Notes under the pieces: generated by a model
The model's input: the letters and a program-made list of their open reading frames with translations, nothing else
What the model was told of the DNA's origin: nothing
Databases searched by the model: none
Made by a program: the position numbers and the translations under genes
Source of the DNA: a virus
Virus record (IMG/VR): IMGVR_UViG_3300011113_000123
Location: 64,001 to 128,000 of that record
Strand: one strand, 5' to 3'
Length of the DNA: 64,000 nt
In this document: positions 63,350-64,000 of the stretch, piece by piece
Position numbering within the stretch: the stretch's first letter is position 1
Layout of the letters: each line of letters opens with the position of its first letter

Positions 63350-63953
63350 TATCATCGTCGCCGATGATCTGTTACCGATTGAAACACATCAGAAACTGTA
63401 TGATCATATTAAGAAGCTGAACATGTCCAACGAATGGAGTAGTGTCAGCGACAAGAATAGGGCGTGGCACTGGAATTACGTGTTCCATAACTCTAAGCAG
63501 TTCATGCCTGCGATGGATCATACTCAGTACGAAGCTCTCAAGGAAAGCCATCCGTTCGTTGCTGATCTGTGGGATCATATAAGCGAAGCGGCTAATTCTA
63601 GAGTCGGAGCACTGGAGCCTCTACGAATCTATATGAACTGCAATCCGTATGGAACGAATGGATACATCCATCAAGACGACGGAGATATGACTGCGGTTTA
63701 TTATGCGTGCCCAGAATGGGATACGGAATGGGAAGGCGGAACGTGTTTCTATAAAGAAGAAAATGGAACGTATGATGCTATCCATTATTCTTCATACAAG
63801 CCAAATAGGCTAGTCTTGTTCAAGGCTTCTACGCCACACAGAGCTATGCCTGTAGATCGATCATGTAGGCTTCCAAGATATGTAATCGCTATGAAGCTAC
63901 AGTTCGACGTTAATGATCCGGAATATGCAAATAGGTTCTATAATGAAAAGTGA
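63342..63953 (+). CDS. 2OG-Fe(II) oxygenase
   Basis: IHQDD, WEGGT, NRLVLF, PHRA, RYVIAMK. Confidence 0.88.
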   Translation: MNDIIVADDLLPIETHQKLYDHIKKLNMSNEWSSVSDKNRAWHWNYVFHNSKQFMPAMDHTQYEALKESHPFVADLWDHISEAANSRVGALEPLRIYMNCNPYGTNGYIHQDDGDMTAVYYACPEWDTEWEGGTCFYKEENGTYDAIHYSSYKPNRLVLFKASTPHRAMPVDRSCRLPRYVIAMKLQFDVNDPEYANRFYNEK

Positions 63954-64000
63954 TCTCGAACTTCTTGTCGAATATGACATGTATGTTAATGGCTTTGATC

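Overview
This window is 64 kb of a large T4-like myophage genome, and essentially every real gene lies on the + strand. Replication genes: gp43 DNA polymerase, UvsX, gp40-like, gp41 helicase, gp61 primase, RNase H, gp1 dNMP kinase and class II RNR. Other blocks: dispersed lysis genes (GH19 endolysin, holins, two-component spanin); a late block of probable internal head proteins including a 1337-aa polyprotein; a glycan/lipid accessory block; 28 tRNA genes covering all 20 amino acids, interleaved with many structured non-tRNA RNAs; and early regions built of near-consensus sigma70 promoter + small-ORF cassettes. The host is probably an alphaproteobacterium (tRNA-His lacks G-1 and has A73; Omp25/RopB-like porin; PlcP-like enzyme). 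The best candidate for a new system is the operon at 52.5-56.7 kb. It encodes a TET/JBP-family dioxygenase, a TET-associated glycosyltransferase and their own nucleotide-sugar supply (NTP-transferase/kinase fusion + HAD phosphatase). The oxygenase and glycosyltransferase both end in the same clamp-binding-type tail as the DNA polymerase, which suggests replisome-tethered DNA hypermodification. Other highlights are a PlcP + GT2 lipid-remodelling pair, a boxA-led tRNA operon with tRNA mimics and a ~350-400 nt structured RNA, and two origin-like duplicated elements. All family calls come from motif recognition by eye; no database search was run.
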